From an uncultured Acidobacteriota bacterium (GTDB taxonomy: Bacteria > Acidobacteriota > Thermoanaerobaculia > UBA5066 > Gp7-AA6), in the NCBI GenBank assembly GCA_963764715.1, contig CAVXTP010000021.1, positions 352,001-416,000 on the forward strand: a stretch of 64,000 bases of DNA, given 5' to 3'. How positions within the stretch are numbered: the stretch's first letter is position 1; each line of letters starts with the position of its first letter. Below are positions 18,725 to 28,847 of this stretch, piece by piece. The notes beneath the pieces are model-generated. The model did not search any database and was not told the origin of the DNA. It saw only the letters and a program-made list of their open reading frames with translations. Both the position numbers and the translations under genes were made by a program.

Positions 18725-21127
18725 CTACGGCAGCGAAAAAGCATTGACCAGGAACGCGGCCATCTGGCCTCGGGTGACGTTGTTCTGCGGACAGAAGGTC
18801 GTTCCGCCGCAACCGCCCGTGACGCCCTCCGCCTGCAGCTGTTCGATCCAGTCGGCGAAGGGACCCGGGCAAGGCACGTCCGTGAAGTGGCCGTCGCAGG
18901 GCGGCGGGATGAACTGGGAGCCGTGCTTTCCCTTCAGCAGAAAGACCGCCATCTGGTCGCGCCGCACGGGATTGTCGGGGCAGTAGTTGCCGCCGCCGCA
19001 GCCGCCGGTGATGCCTTCCGCGGCGAGCTGCTCGATCCATGGCGCGAAGTTGTTCGAGCACGGGACATCCGGGAATACGCCGGAGCAGGGCGGCGGCACG
19101 TAGCACGCTCCGTGGGCCGCCTTCAGGAGGAAGACCGCCATCTGCTGGCGCTTCGTGTTCTGGGCCGGGCCGTAGAAGCCCCCGCCGACGCCGGCGGTGA
19201 TGCCGTTGCCGACGAGGCGCATGACGTAGAGGTAGAACTGGTGGCTGGAGGCGACGTCGAGGAAGTCGGTCAGCCAGCCGTTGGGCAGCGTGTCGACCGG
19301 GCCGCCCGGGTTCGACACGACGATCGAGTTCACGGAGCCGGGAGGAAGGCTGGGCGTCTTCAGCGAAAGCGTGTGCACATCGGTCACCTGCACGTTCGAC
19401 GCCGCCGCGCCTCCGACGGTGGCGGTCGCTCCGTCCTCGAACGCGAGGCCGGTCAGGACGATCGTCGCGCCCGACGGTCCGTACGACGGCAGGCCGTAGA
19501 AGATGGCGCGGGGCGAGAGCTCGGAGGTGTTTCCGGCCGGGTCGATCGCGGTCGCTGAAACGGGGGACCCATCGGGGAGCGCGACCGGGAGGATGACGTT
19601 CACGACGGCGTGGCCGGAACCGTCCGTCGTGGCCGTGCTCGAGCCGATGTACGTCCGCGCCTCGGGCAGGTCCTGGGGACGACGCTCGCAGATCGGATCC
19701 GCATAGAAGTCGAGGTCGTAGATCGTCGAGGGCGCGCTGTCCAGCACGCCGGCGACGGTCGTGGTCGAAACGCCGTAGGTGACGGAAGAGAGGACCGGGA
19801 AGTTCTGTAACCCGTTGGGCCCGGCGTCGGCGTCGCCGGCGTCGTTCAGCGTGACTCCGTTGCCGGCGACAAGCAGGTCGATGGCGAGGCCCGAGTGGTA
19901 GTTGCCTCCGGGGTTGTCGAAGATCGCGTTTCCGCGGATCGTTGCCTTGCCGGCGTTCTCGACGCCCACGCCGGCCAGTCCCGAGTTCGAGATGACGTTG
20001 CCTTCTCCCGGATTGACGCCGCCGATGATCGTCCCCGTCGCCAGGACGCGGATGCCGTAGGTCGGGTTGCGAAGGCGGATGAGGCCGGTCTCGTCCGTGC
20101 CGATGAAGTTGCCCTGGATCACCGAACCCGTCGCCGACTGGTACACGGAGATACCCGAGGCATCCGATCCCCCGACGAGGTTACCGGCGCCCGGGGTTGC
20201 GCCTCCCACGGTGTTGTCCGGGTCGTTGAGCGCGATGCACTCGTTGTGACAACCGAACGCGAAGGTCCCGGTGACGTCGATGTCGACGTAGTTGCCCTGG
20301 ATCAAATTGTCGGACGCGACGATCCCGGGAGTGCCGGAGCCGCCGACGTTGATCCCTCCGCTGATGACGTTGCGGGCCGCGGGCGTCGTCCCGCCGATGA
20401 CGTTGTTCGATCCGACGAACAAGGAGAGACCCTTCGAGCCGAACTCGTTCAAGCTCTTCTTTCCCGTGATGTCGGTGCCGATCAGGTTGCCGGCGACGAG
20501 GCTGTCGTGAAACCCGGGCGCTCCGCCCCCGAGCTGTACCAAACCCGCGAAGAGGTTGCGCGCGGCGGGTGTCGTTCCGCCGATCCGGGCGTTGTTCGCG
20601 TCGAGACTGAATCTCAGCGAGCCTTGAAACGGAGCGGGAATCTGCGTTCCGGACGGGTCGGTGCCGAGGAAACAGCCCTCGATGACGAATCCCTGGTGCC
20701 CTCCGGTGACGTCGATCTCGTACTGCGGCGCGCGATTGATGACGAAGCCCTTCAGCGTGACGTCGTCGGCGCTGACGACCATGCAAGTCGCCGCGCCGAC
20801 GTTGGTGCAGTCGATCTCAATCTGCAGGACCGTGTTGAGCCCGAGGCTGGTCGGGTTGGTGTTGACCGAAGACCCGGCCTGCGTATAGCCGTCGACGGTC
20901 GAGGGCCCGGTGATCGCGGGCAGGGGGGAGGCCAGGGAGATCGTGTGGGGGCCGGTTCCCACGACGCCGAAGGCAATTGTGTCGACGCCGGGGTTGCCGT
21001 TGGCATCCAGGATCGCCTGGCGCAGGGTCCCGGCGCCGGAATCGGCCGTCGACGTCACCGTGTAGGTGTTGCCGAGAGCGGCCACGGATGCGAAGGCACC
21101 GACCAGAGCCAGCAGAGTCCGCTTCAT
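18725..21127 (-). CDS. Array gene 7: secreted beta-helix/IPT/SLH protein (800 aa)
   Basis: C-terminal part of ORF 18725..23242; start MKRTLLALVG at 21127 after RBS AGGAGG. Confidence 0.9.
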   Translation of the reverse strand: MKRTLLALVGAFASVAALGNTYTVTSTADSGAGTLRQAILDANGNPGVDTIAFGVVGTGPHTISLASPLPAITGPSTVDGYTQAGSSVNTNPTSLGLNTVLQIEIDCTNVGAATCMVVSADDVTLKGFVINRAPQYEIDVTGGHQGFVIEGCFLGTDPSGTQIPAPFQGSLRFSLDANNARIGGTTPAARNLFAGLVQLGGGAPGFHDSLVAGNLIGTDITGKKSLNEFGSKGLSLFVGSNNVIGGTTPAARNVISGGINVGGSGTPGIVASDNLIQGNYVDIDVTGTFAFGCHNECIALNDPDNTVGGATPGAGNLVGGSDASGISVYQSATGSVIQGNFIGTDETGLIRLRNPTYGIRVLATGTIIGGVNPGEGNVISNSGLAGVGVENAGKATIRGNAIFDNPGGNYHSGLAIDLLVAGNGVTLNDAGDADAGPNGLQNFPVLSSVTYGVSTTTVAGVLDSAPSTIYDLDFYADPICERRPQDLPEARTYIGSSTATTDGSGHAVVNVILPVALPDGSPVSATAIDPAGNTSELSPRAIFYGLPSYGPSGATIVLTGLAFEDGATATVGGAAASNVQVTDVHTLSLKTPSLPPGSVNSIVVSNPGGPVDTLPNGWLTDFLDVASSHQFYLYVMRLVGNGITAGVGGGFYGPAQNTKRQQMAVFLLKAAHGACYVPPPCSGVFPDVPCSNNFAPWIEQLAAEGITGGCGGGNYCPDNPVRRDQMAVFLLKGKHGSQFIPPPCDGHFTDVPCPGPFADWIEQLQAEGVTGGCGGTTFCPQNNVTRGQMAAFLVNAFSLP

Positions 21128-21135
21128 GGTCCCTC

Positions 21136-23586
21136 CTAGGGAAGCTTGAACGTGTTGACGAGGAACGCCGCCATCTGTCCGCGAGTGACGTTGGTGAGAG
21201 GGCAGTAGTTGTTGCCGCCGCAGCCGCCGGTGACACCCTCCGCGGCGAGCTGCTCGATCCAGTTCGCAAAGGTCGAGGGGCAGGCGACGTCGGTGAAGTC
21301 GCCGCTGCACGCCGGCGGAACGAAGGACGAGCCGTGCTTGGCCTTGAGCAGAAATACGGCCATCTGGTCGCGGCGCACGGGGTTGCCGGGGCAGTAATTG
21401 CTGCCGCCGCAGCCGCCCGTGATGCCTTCGGCCGCGAGCGCCTCGATCCACGGCGCGAAGGTCGAGGGGCACGCGACGTCGGAGAAAACTCCGGCGCAGG
21501 GTGGCGGCACGTAGCAGACGCCGTACTTGGACTTGAGGAGGAAGACGGCCATCTGCTGGCGCAGCGTGCTCGAAGCGACGCCGTAGTTCCCGCCGCCCAC
21601 GCCGGCGGTGATGCCGTTGGCGACGAGCTTGGTGACCTGGGTGAGGAACTGGTTTCCCGGGAGGACGTCGTTGAAGTACGCGATCCAGCCGTTCGGAAGG
21701 GTCCCCGAGAGGCCGCCCCCCGGGTTCTGCACGACGACGGAGTTGATCGAGCCGGCCGGCAATGCGGGGATGTTGGCGGTGATCGTGTTCGCGTCGTCCA
21801 CGACGACCCCGGTGGCCGCCACGCCGCCGACCGTCACCGTGGCGCCGGCCACGAAGGCGAGCCCCTTGATCTGCGCGCCAAAGTGTCCGGTGGTCGACCC
21901 TGCCCCCGGCGCCATCGAAAGCACGAAGCGCGGGGTGAATTCCGACGTACTGCCGTTGGGGCTCGTCGCCGTGGCGCTGATGGGCGAGCCGTTCGTGACC
22001 GCGAGCGGCAGGATCGCGTTGAAGGTGGCGTTGCCGGATCCGTCGGTCGTCACCTGCGTCGAGCCGAGATAGGTCTGGCCCTCCGGAAGGTCCTGCGGCC
22101 GCCGCGAGCACGCCGGGTTGGCGTAGAAATCGAGGTCGAAGATCGTGGCCGCACCGCTGTTCAGGGTCCCGGCGACGGTCGTCGTCGAGCCGCCGTACGC
22201 CACCGACGAGATGACCGGAAAATTTTGGAGCCCGTTCGCGCCGGTGTCGGCGTCTCCGGTGTCGTTGAGCGTGACGCCCGCGAAGCCGTCGTGGAGATCG
22301 ATCCCGAGGCCGTCGGTCGACTGGTACGCGTTCGTGTCGTAGATCGAGTTGCCCCGGACGGAAACCCCCTGCCCCCCCGCGACGTAGACGCCGGCGCCGG
22401 GGGCCGTCACGCCGACGGCGGGACCGTTGTTGGCGATGACGTTGGCCTCGCCGGGCCCGGTGCCTCCGACCGTCACGGCGTCCGCGACGACGTAGATGCC
22501 GTTCGAGCCGTTGCCGAGCCGGGCGGTTCGGGTCGAATCCGTGCCGATGAAATTGCCCTGGATGACCGTCGAGTCTCCGTGGACCTCGATTCCGCCGTTG
22601 CCGAGCCCGCCGGCGATGACGTTGCCCGCCCCCGCGGCAGCGCCCCCGATCGTGTTGCCCTGGTTGTTGGCGACGACGCAGCCGCCGTAGCAGCCGAGCG
22701 CAAGCAGGCCCGTGGCATCGGTGCCGAGGAAGTTGCCCCGGACGAAATTGCCGGTCGCGAAGGAATCGTTCCAGCCGCCCCCGAGATTGATCGTGTTGAC
22801 GATCACGTTGGGGGCGCCGGCGGACGTGCCGCCGACGGTGATTCCCGTCCCCATGAAGATGCCGACGGACTGGGTGGCGTTCGTCGCGAGCTTCGCGGTG
22901 CCGGAGGCGTTCGTGCCGATGAGGTTGCCCTGGATGAGGTGGCCGCTGTTGACCCCGAAATTCTCGCCGATGTGGACCTGGTGGTACCCGCTGTCGCCGC
23001 CCGAGATCAGGTTGCGCGCGGCGGGCGTCGTGCCCCCGATGCGCGCGTTCTGGGCGGAGACCAGGTTGACGCCGTTCTGGTAGGGCGAGAGCGCCTGCGT
23101 GCCGTCGGCGCTCGAACCGAGGAAGCAGCCCTCGACGACGAGGTTCTGGTGGGAGGGCGGCGGAGTCTCGATGTCCGGCCCGGCGCAGCGATTGATCGCG
23201 AGGCCGCGGATCGTGACGTTGTCGGCCTGGACCGACAGGCACGGCGTGGCCCCGGCATTCGTGCCGTTGATCTCGATCCGCAAGACGGTGTTCAGCCCCT
23301 GTCCCGTCGGGTTCGTATTGGCCGAGGAGCCCGCCTGCGTGAAGCCGTCGATCGTCACGGGCCCGGTGATCGCGGGCAGCGCCGAGATCGGCGAGATCGT
23401 CTGGACCCCGCTGCCGACGATCCCGAAGGCGATCGTATCGGCCCCCGGGTTGGCGTTGGCGTCGAGGATCGCCTGGCGCAGGGTCCCGGCTCCCGAATCG
23501 GCCGTGGACGTGACGGTGTAAGTGTTCCCGGCGGCGATCGCCGCGGCGGCGAACAGAGCCCAGGCGAGTCCGAGACGCTTATGCAT
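21136..23586 (-). CDS. Array gene 8: secreted beta-helix/IPT/SLH protein (816 aa)
   Basis: Start MHKRLGLAWALF at 23586 after RBS AGGAGA; full family architecture. Confidence 0.9.
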   Translation of the reverse strand: MHKRLGLAWALFAAAAIAAGNTYTVTSTADSGAGTLRQAILDANANPGADTIAFGIVGSGVQTISPISALPAITGPVTIDGFTQAGSSANTNPTGQGLNTVLRIEINGTNAGATPCLSVQADNVTIRGLAINRCAGPDIETPPPSHQNLVVEGCFLGSSADGTQALSPYQNGVNLVSAQNARIGGTTPAARNLISGGDSGYHQVHIGENFGVNSGHLIQGNLIGTNASGTAKLATNATQSVGIFMGTGITVGGTSAGAPNVIVNTINLGGGWNDSFATGNFVRGNFLGTDATGLLALGCYGGCVVANNQGNTIGGAAAGAGNVIAGGLGNGGIEVHGDSTVIQGNFIGTDSTRTARLGNGSNGIYVVADAVTVGGTGPGEANVIANNGPAVGVTAPGAGVYVAGGQGVSVRGNSIYDTNAYQSTDGLGIDLHDGFAGVTLNDTGDADTGANGLQNFPVISSVAYGGSTTTVAGTLNSGAATIFDLDFYANPACSRRPQDLPEGQTYLGSTQVTTDGSGNATFNAILPLAVTNGSPISATATSPNGSTSEFTPRFVLSMAPGAGSTTGHFGAQIKGLAFVAGATVTVGGVAATGVVVDDANTITANIPALPAGSINSVVVQNPGGGLSGTLPNGWIAYFNDVLPGNQFLTQVTKLVANGITAGVGGGNYGVASSTLRQQMAVFLLKSKYGVCYVPPPCAGVFSDVACPSTFAPWIEALAAEGITGGCGGSNYCPGNPVRRDQMAVFLLKAKHGSSFVPPACSGDFTDVACPSTFANWIEQLAAEGVTGGCGGNNYCPLTNVTRGQMAAFLVNTFKLP

Positions 23587-23608
23587 TGAGCTTTCTCCTG
23601 TGGCGTAT

Positions 23609-23635
23609 CTCGACAAAGTGCGGCCTCCGGGGTCA
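23609..23635 (-). promoter_or_regulatory. Putative ECF sigma promoter TGACCC-N12-TTTGTCGAG
   Basis: Motif copy 22 nt upstream of the gene 8 ATG. Confidence 0.7.
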
Positions 23636-23748
23636 AGGAAAAAGAGGTTGGGGACCGCGGCTCCCGGCCGTGCGGCGGACCCGATCCGCCGTTCGGAAGT
23701 CCCGGGAAGGGGCCTCCGGCGCCTCCCGATGGCACGGGCCGGAGACTA

Positions 23749-23770
23749 CGGGCGGGCGCAAGCCCGCCCG
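23749..23770. terminator. Perfect hairpin downstream of gene 9
   Basis: CGGGCGGGC-GCAA-GCCCGCCCG, 9-bp stem with a tetraloop, 23 nt after the gene 9 stop. Confidence 0.5.
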
Positions 23771-23793
23771 AGGGAGTCGAGGAAAGGCTCCCT

Positions 23794-26208
23794 CTACGGG
23801 AGGTCGAACGCGTTGTACAGGAAGGCCGCCATCTGGCCGCGGGTCACGTTGTTGGCCGGGCAGTAGTTGCCGCCGCCGCAGCCGCCGGTGACCCCTTCGG
23901 CCGCGAGCTGCTCGATCCAGGGACTGAAGGGCGATGCGCAACTGACGTCGAGGAAGTCGCCGTCGCAGGGCGGCGGCACGTACGACGCCCCGTGCAGGGC
24001 CTTGAGGATGAAGACCGCCATCTGGTCCCGCCGAACGGGGTTGCCCGGGCAGTAGTTGCCGCCGCCGCAACCGCCCGTGATGCCCTCCTCGGCGAGCTGC
24101 TCGATCCACGGGGCGAAGCCGGAGCCGCACGGAACGTCGCCGAAGACACCCGCGCACGGGGGCGGCGTGTAGCAGATCCCGTACTTGGCCTTCAGGAGGA
24201 AGACCGCCATCTGCTGCCGGAGCGTCGGCTGGCTGATCCCGTAGTTGCCGCCGCCCACGCCGGCCGTGATGCCGTTGGCGACGAGGCTCGTGATCTGCGT
24301 GTAGAACTGGCTGCCGGGGATGTCGTTGAAATTCGAGATCCAGGCGTTCGGAAGCGTCCCCGAAGCCCCGCCGCCGGGATTGGCGACCGTGAGGGCGTTG
24401 ATGCTTCCGGCCGGCAGCGCCGGGATGTTGGCTGTGATCGTCGTCGAATTGTCGACGGTCACTCCGGTCGCGGGGACGCCCCCGACCGTGACCGTCGCGC
24501 CCGGCTCGAACGCGAGGCCGCGGATCTGCGCGCCGGTGACGCCGGTCGGCGAGCCGGACACGGGGTCGAGCGAGAGCACGAACCGCGGCGAAAGCTCGGA
24601 GGTCGCGCCGGACGGGCTCGTGGCCGTGGCCGTGATCGGCGATCCGTTCACGACGACGACCGCGAGAACCTCGTTGAAGGCCGCGTTGCCGGACCCGTCC
24701 GTCGTGACTTCGATCGAGCCGATGTAGGTCTTCGCCTCGTCCTGCTCCTGCGGGCGGCCGTTGCACGCGGGGTTGGAATAGAGGTCGACATCGAAGGTGG
24801 TCGACGGGGTGCTCTGGAGCGTTCCGGCGATCGTGGTATTCGCGCCTCCGTAGGTCACCGAGGAGATCAGCGGATAGTTCTGGTAGCCGTTCGGGCCGCC
24901 ATCCGCGTCTCCGGCATCGTTGATGTTGACGCCCAGCTCGAAGAGATTGCCGCCGGTGAGGTCGATGGCGAGGCCGCTGTTGGCCTGGATCCCGGCGTTG
25001 TCGAAGATCGAGTTCCCGCGCACGGAGGCGTTGACGCCGTGGACCACGACCCCCGCCCAGCCGCGGTTGTACGCGATGATGTTGCCCTCGCCGGGGCCGA
25101 TGCCGCCGATCGTGTTGTTCGAGCCGCCGACCTTGATGCCCCAGTAGCCGTTGGCGAGGCGGACGGTGCCCGTGGCGTCGGTTCCGACCTGGTTGCCCTG
25201 GACGACGTTGCCGTCGCCACTGAGCTCGATTCCCGAGTCGATCGCCCCGCCGACGCGGTTGCCCGCCCCGGCGGCGGAGCCGCCGATCGTGTTGTTGTTG
25301 GAGCCGCTGTTGACGGTGATGCCGACGGAAGTCACGGCGATGACGATCGTGCCCGTGACGTCGAGCCCGACGAAGTTGCCCACGATCTGGTTGCCCGTGC
25401 CGTTGACCAAGATCGGGCCGGCGAACACGTTGCGGGCGCCGGCCGTCGTGCCGCCCACGACGTTGTTGATGCCACCGCCGGTGCCCATCGCCAGCGGACC
25501 GTCCGGGATGAGGAGATGAAGGCCCGTGACGTCCGTGCCGACCAGGTTGCCGGCGACGAGCGAATTCGATACGGGCTCCGTGATCCCCAGCCCGAAAGCG
25601 ATGTGATCGGCGAACAGGCTGTCGCCGGACACCAGGTTGCGGGCGGCCGGTGTCGTGCCGCCGATCCGGGCGTTGGTCTGGGATCGCGGATTGATCCCGC
25701 CGCCGTACGGCGCGAGGGCCACCGCTCCCGCCGCGTCGGTGCCGATGAAGCAGCCCTCGAGGACGAAGTCCGTGTGCGCGCCGGTGGTCGCGACCGCCCT
25801 GTCGGTGCACCGGTTGACGACGAGCCCGCGGATCGTGACGTCGTCGGCAGCGGCGAACAGGCACGGCGCGGCTCCGGCGTTGGTCCCGTCGATCTCGATG
25901 CGGAGGACGGTGTTGAGGCCCTGGCTGGCCGGGTTCGTGTTGGCCGATGCCCCCGACTGGGTGTAGCCGTCGATCGTCACCGGGCCCGTGATCGTGGGCA
26001 GCGCGGACGCCGGCGCGATCGTGTGCACGCCGCTGCCGACGACCGCGAAGGCGATCGTGTCGGCTCCGGGATTGGCGTTGGCGTCCAGGATCGCCTGGCG
26101 AAGGGTCCCGGCTCCCGAGTCGGCGGTCGAGGTCACGGTGTACGTTGTCGCGAACCCGAAGGCGGCGACCCCGGACAGGATGGCGGCGAGGCCGATTCGC
26201 TGGAGCAT
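23794..26208 (-). CDS. Array gene 9: secreted beta-helix/IPT/SLH protein (804 aa)
   Basis: Start MLQRIGLAAILS at 26208 after RBS AGGAGGAG; full family architecture. Confidence 0.9.
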   Translation of the reverse strand: MLQRIGLAAILSGVAAFGFATTYTVTSTADSGAGTLRQAILDANANPGADTIAFAVVGSGVHTIAPASALPTITGPVTIDGYTQSGASANTNPASQGLNTVLRIEIDGTNAGAAPCLFAAADDVTIRGLVVNRCTDRAVATTGAHTDFVLEGCFIGTDAAGAVALAPYGGGINPRSQTNARIGGTTPAARNLVSGDSLFADHIAFGLGITEPVSNSLVAGNLVGTDVTGLHLLIPDGPLAMGTGGGINNVVGGTTAGARNVFAGPILVNGTGNQIVGNFVGLDVTGTIVIAVTSVGITVNSGSNNNTIGGSAAGAGNRVGGAIDSGIELSGDGNVVQGNQVGTDATGTVRLANGYWGIKVGGSNNTIGGIGPGEGNIIAYNRGWAGVVVHGVNASVRGNSIFDNAGIQANSGLAIDLTGGNLFELGVNINDAGDADGGPNGYQNYPLISSVTYGGANTTIAGTLQSTPSTTFDVDLYSNPACNGRPQEQDEAKTYIGSIEVTTDGSGNAAFNEVLAVVVVNGSPITATATSPSGATSELSPRFVLSLDPVSGSPTGVTGAQIRGLAFEPGATVTVGGVPATGVTVDNSTTITANIPALPAGSINALTVANPGGGASGTLPNAWISNFNDIPGSQFYTQITSLVANGITAGVGGGNYGISQPTLRQQMAVFLLKAKYGICYTPPPCAGVFGDVPCGSGFAPWIEQLAEEGITGGCGGGNYCPGNPVRRDQMAVFILKALHGASYVPPPCDGDFLDVSCASPFSPWIEQLAAEGVTGGCGGGNYCPANNVTRGQMAAFLYNAFDLP

Positions 26209-26230
26209 GTAGGACTCCTCCTGACCCTGA

Positions 26231-26257
26231 CTCGACAAAACGCCGGGCCGGGGGCCA
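26231..26257 (-). promoter_or_regulatory. Putative ECF sigma promoter TGGCCC-N12-TTTGTCGAG
   Basis: Motif copy 22 nt upstream of the gene 9 ATG. Confidence 0.65.
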
Positions 26258-26286
26258 GGAGGAAATCCGCGATCGCCGCGGGGTCG

Positions 26287-28698
26287 CTACGGGAGCGAGA
26301 ATGCCTTGACCAAAAACGCCGCCATCTGCCCCCGGGCGACGCTCGTCGTGGGGCAGTAGTTGGCGCCGCCGCACCCGCCCGTGATCTCGTCGGCCGCGAG
26401 CTTTTCGATCCAGTCGGCGAAGGACGACGGGCAGGCCACGTCGTCGAACACCCCGGTGCACGGAGGGGGCGTGAACGTCGAGCCGTACTTGCCCTTCAGC
26501 AGGAACACGGCCATCTGGTCGCGCCGCACGGGGGAGGTCGGGCAGTAGTTGCCTCCTCCGCAACCGCCGGTGATCCCTTCCGCGGCGAACTGCTCGATCC
26601 ACGGCGCGAAGATCGAGTTGCAGGGCACGTCGGGAAAGTCCCCCGAGCAGGGCGGCGGCACGTAGCAGATTCCGTGCTTGGCCTTGAGGACGAAGACCGC
26701 CATCTGCTGGCGCGTGACGCTGACGGCGGGGCAGTAGTTGCCGCCGCTGCACCCCGCCGTGACCCCGGACGCCACGAGTTTGCCGATGAGGCTGTCGAAC
26801 AGGCTGTTCTTCACCACGTCGTTGAAGCGCGAGACGTAGCCGTTGCGAAGCGTGCCCGAGAGGCCGCCGGGATTCGCGACGACGATGTCGTAGACCCCGC
26901 CGGGAGAGAGCGCCGGGCCGGTGAAATCGAGCTTGTACTCGGTGTCGAAGCTGACCGGAACGGGATTCCCGCCGATCGTCATGGTGGCCGCGGGGTCGAA
27001 CAGGTGCCCGCGGACGGACTGGAGGCCGGTGTCCCCCGGGCCGCCGAGGCCGGGAACCGAACGGAAGACGATTTCCTGCCAGAGCTCGGAAGTGTTGCCT
27101 TCGGGCCCGGTCGCCGTCGCGGTGACGGGCGCACCCGCCGCGATCGGCGTCGGGAGAAGGACGTTGAAGGCGACGTTGCCCGAGCCGTCGGTCGTGACCT
27201 GCGCCGTGCCGATGTAGGTCTCGGCCTGGAGGAGAGCCCGCGGCCGGCTGCGGCACGACGGGTTGGCGTAGAAGTCGAGATCGAACACCGTCGAGGCGAG
27301 GCTGTTGAGCGTCCCGATCACGCGCGTCCCGCCGGCCTCCGGGACGGCCGACGTGATGAGCGGGTAGTTCTGGAAGTCGTTCCCGAACTGGATGGTGACG
27401 CTGTCGGCGTCGCCGAGGTCGTTGGGGTTCTGACCGCTGGGCGTGCTGCCGTTGGCCAGATCGATGGCCAGCCCCACACCGTTGGCGCCGACGCCGCCGA
27501 TCCCGTTGTTGAAGATTCGATTCCCCCGGATGGGATTCTCCTGCGCGAAGTCCGTTACGAGGATGCCGACCCACCCGTTGTAGGCGATGACATTGGGCTG
27601 TCCCGGGCCGATGCCGCCAACGGTCTGGGCGTGTGTGCTCAGGAAGATGCCCATGATGCGGTTGCCGAAGTTCTTCGTGGCGGTGGTGTCGGTCCCGATG
27701 AAGTTGCCGTAGAGCGGGGTCAGGAAGCTGTCCAGGAAAATGCCGTAGTCGAAGCCGCCGATCACGTTGCCTTCGCCCGGTCCGGTGCCGCCGACCGTGC
27801 TGCCGCCGGGACCAGGCACCTTGATGCCGCTCGTGCCGCTGGAGATGACTCCCGCCTGGGCCGCATCGACGCCGATGAAGTTGCCCTGCACGGTCGCCAT
27901 CGCCGTGCCGATCCCGACGCCGACGTCCATGCCGGCGACGACGTTGGCCGCGTTCGGGTCGGCCCCCCCGACCGTGATGGGGGAGGAACCCGAGAGGCTG
28001 ATCCCGATGCCGGCGCCGGAGGTCCCGGGCATGGCTCGCGCTCCCGTGATGTCCGTGCCGATGAGATTGCCCTGGATGACACCGCCGTAGCTCATGGCCA
28101 CGCCGATGGACCCTCCATTCGAGATCAGATTGCGCGCGGCGGGGGTCAACCCGCCGATGCGTGCGCCGGGGCTGTCGTTGCTGACGCCATGGCCGCCGAC
28201 GTACCCCTGGAGCCCGTCCGGGCTCGCCCCGACGAAGCAGCCTTCGACGACGAGGTTGGAGTGCAGGAACGAATCGCTCCCGCCGATCTGATCCTGGGAA
28301 AAACGGTTGACCGCAAGGCCCCGGAACGTCACGCCGGGGATGCGGGCCTCGAGGCCGTTCCCGGTCGTTGCCGTGCCGGCGATCTCGATCATCAGGACCG
28401 TGTTCAGCCCGAGGCCCACGGCATTCGTGTTGGGCGACGCGCCCGCCTGCGTGTAGCCGTCGACCGTCACGGCGTCGGTGATGGGCGGCAGAGGCGTCGC
28501 CGGCGCGATCGTGTGCACTCCCGATCCAACGATGGCGAAAGCGATCGTGTCCGCGCCGATAGCGGCGTTGGCGTCGAGGATCGCCTGGCGGAGAGACCCC
28601 GGTCCCGAGTCGGCCGTCGAAGTCACCGTGTACGTGGTCGCGGAGACGACCGCCGCGGCCGCGAAACAGGCGACGGCCATACCGAGTCGGTTGAGCAT
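26287..28698 (-). CDS. Array gene 10: secreted beta-helix/IPT/SLH protein (803 aa)
   Basis: Start MLNRLGMAVACF at 28698 after RBS AGGAGG; divergent from the ECF sigma gene. Confidence 0.9.
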   Translation of the reverse strand: MLNRLGMAVACFAAAAVVSATTYTVTSTADSGPGSLRQAILDANAAIGADTIAFAIVGSGVHTIAPATPLPPITDAVTVDGYTQAGASPNTNAVGLGLNTVLMIEIAGTATTGNGLEARIPGVTFRGLAVNRFSQDQIGGSDSFLHSNLVVEGCFVGASPDGLQGYVGGHGVSNDSPGARIGGLTPAARNLISNGGSIGVAMSYGGVIQGNLIGTDITGARAMPGTSGAGIGISLSGSSPITVGGADPNAANVVAGMDVGVGIGTAMATVQGNFIGVDAAQAGVISSGTSGIKVPGPGGSTVGGTGPGEGNVIGGFDYGIFLDSFLTPLYGNFIGTDTTATKNFGNRIMGIFLSTHAQTVGGIGPGQPNVIAYNGWVGILVTDFAQENPIRGNRIFNNGIGGVGANGVGLAIDLANGSTPSGQNPNDLGDADSVTIQFGNDFQNYPLITSAVPEAGGTRVIGTLNSLASTVFDLDFYANPSCRSRPRALLQAETYIGTAQVTTDGSGNVAFNVLLPTPIAAGAPVTATATGPEGNTSELWQEIVFRSVPGLGGPGDTGLQSVRGHLFDPAATMTIGGNPVPVSFDTEYKLDFTGPALSPGGVYDIVVANPGGLSGTLRNGYVSRFNDVVKNSLFDSLIGKLVASGVTAGCSGGNYCPAVSVTRQQMAVFVLKAKHGICYVPPPCSGDFPDVPCNSIFAPWIEQFAAEGITGGCGGGNYCPTSPVRRDQMAVFLLKGKYGSTFTPPPCTGVFDDVACPSSFADWIEKLAADEITGGCGGANYCPTTSVARGQMAAFLVKAFSLP

Positions 28699-28719
28699 GG
28701 GGATCCTCCTGTCAAAGGA

Positions 28720-28746
28720 CTCGACAAAAAGCAGCGTCAAGGGACA
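28720..28746 (-). promoter_or_regulatory. Putative ECF sigma promoter TGTCCC-N12-TTTGTCGAG
   Basis: Motif copy 21 nt upstream of the gene 10 ATG, in the divergent region shared with the sigma gene. Confidence 0.7.
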
Positions 28747-28831
28747 CGGAACGGCTCGGGTCAATGGGAATTCGGGCTCGGCGTCCTCGGCGGCGGCTCC
28801 CGCCGGCCGGGGGGAGCCGGGGCACCTCCGA

Positions 28832-28837
28832 TACAAT
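28832..28837 (+). promoter_or_regulatory. Sigma70-type -10 element (TACAAT) for the ECF-kinase operon
   Basis: TACAAT 10 nt before ATG 28848 with no SD sequence, consistent with a near-leaderless transcript. Confidence 0.45.
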
Positions 28838-28847
28838 TCGGGCATTC

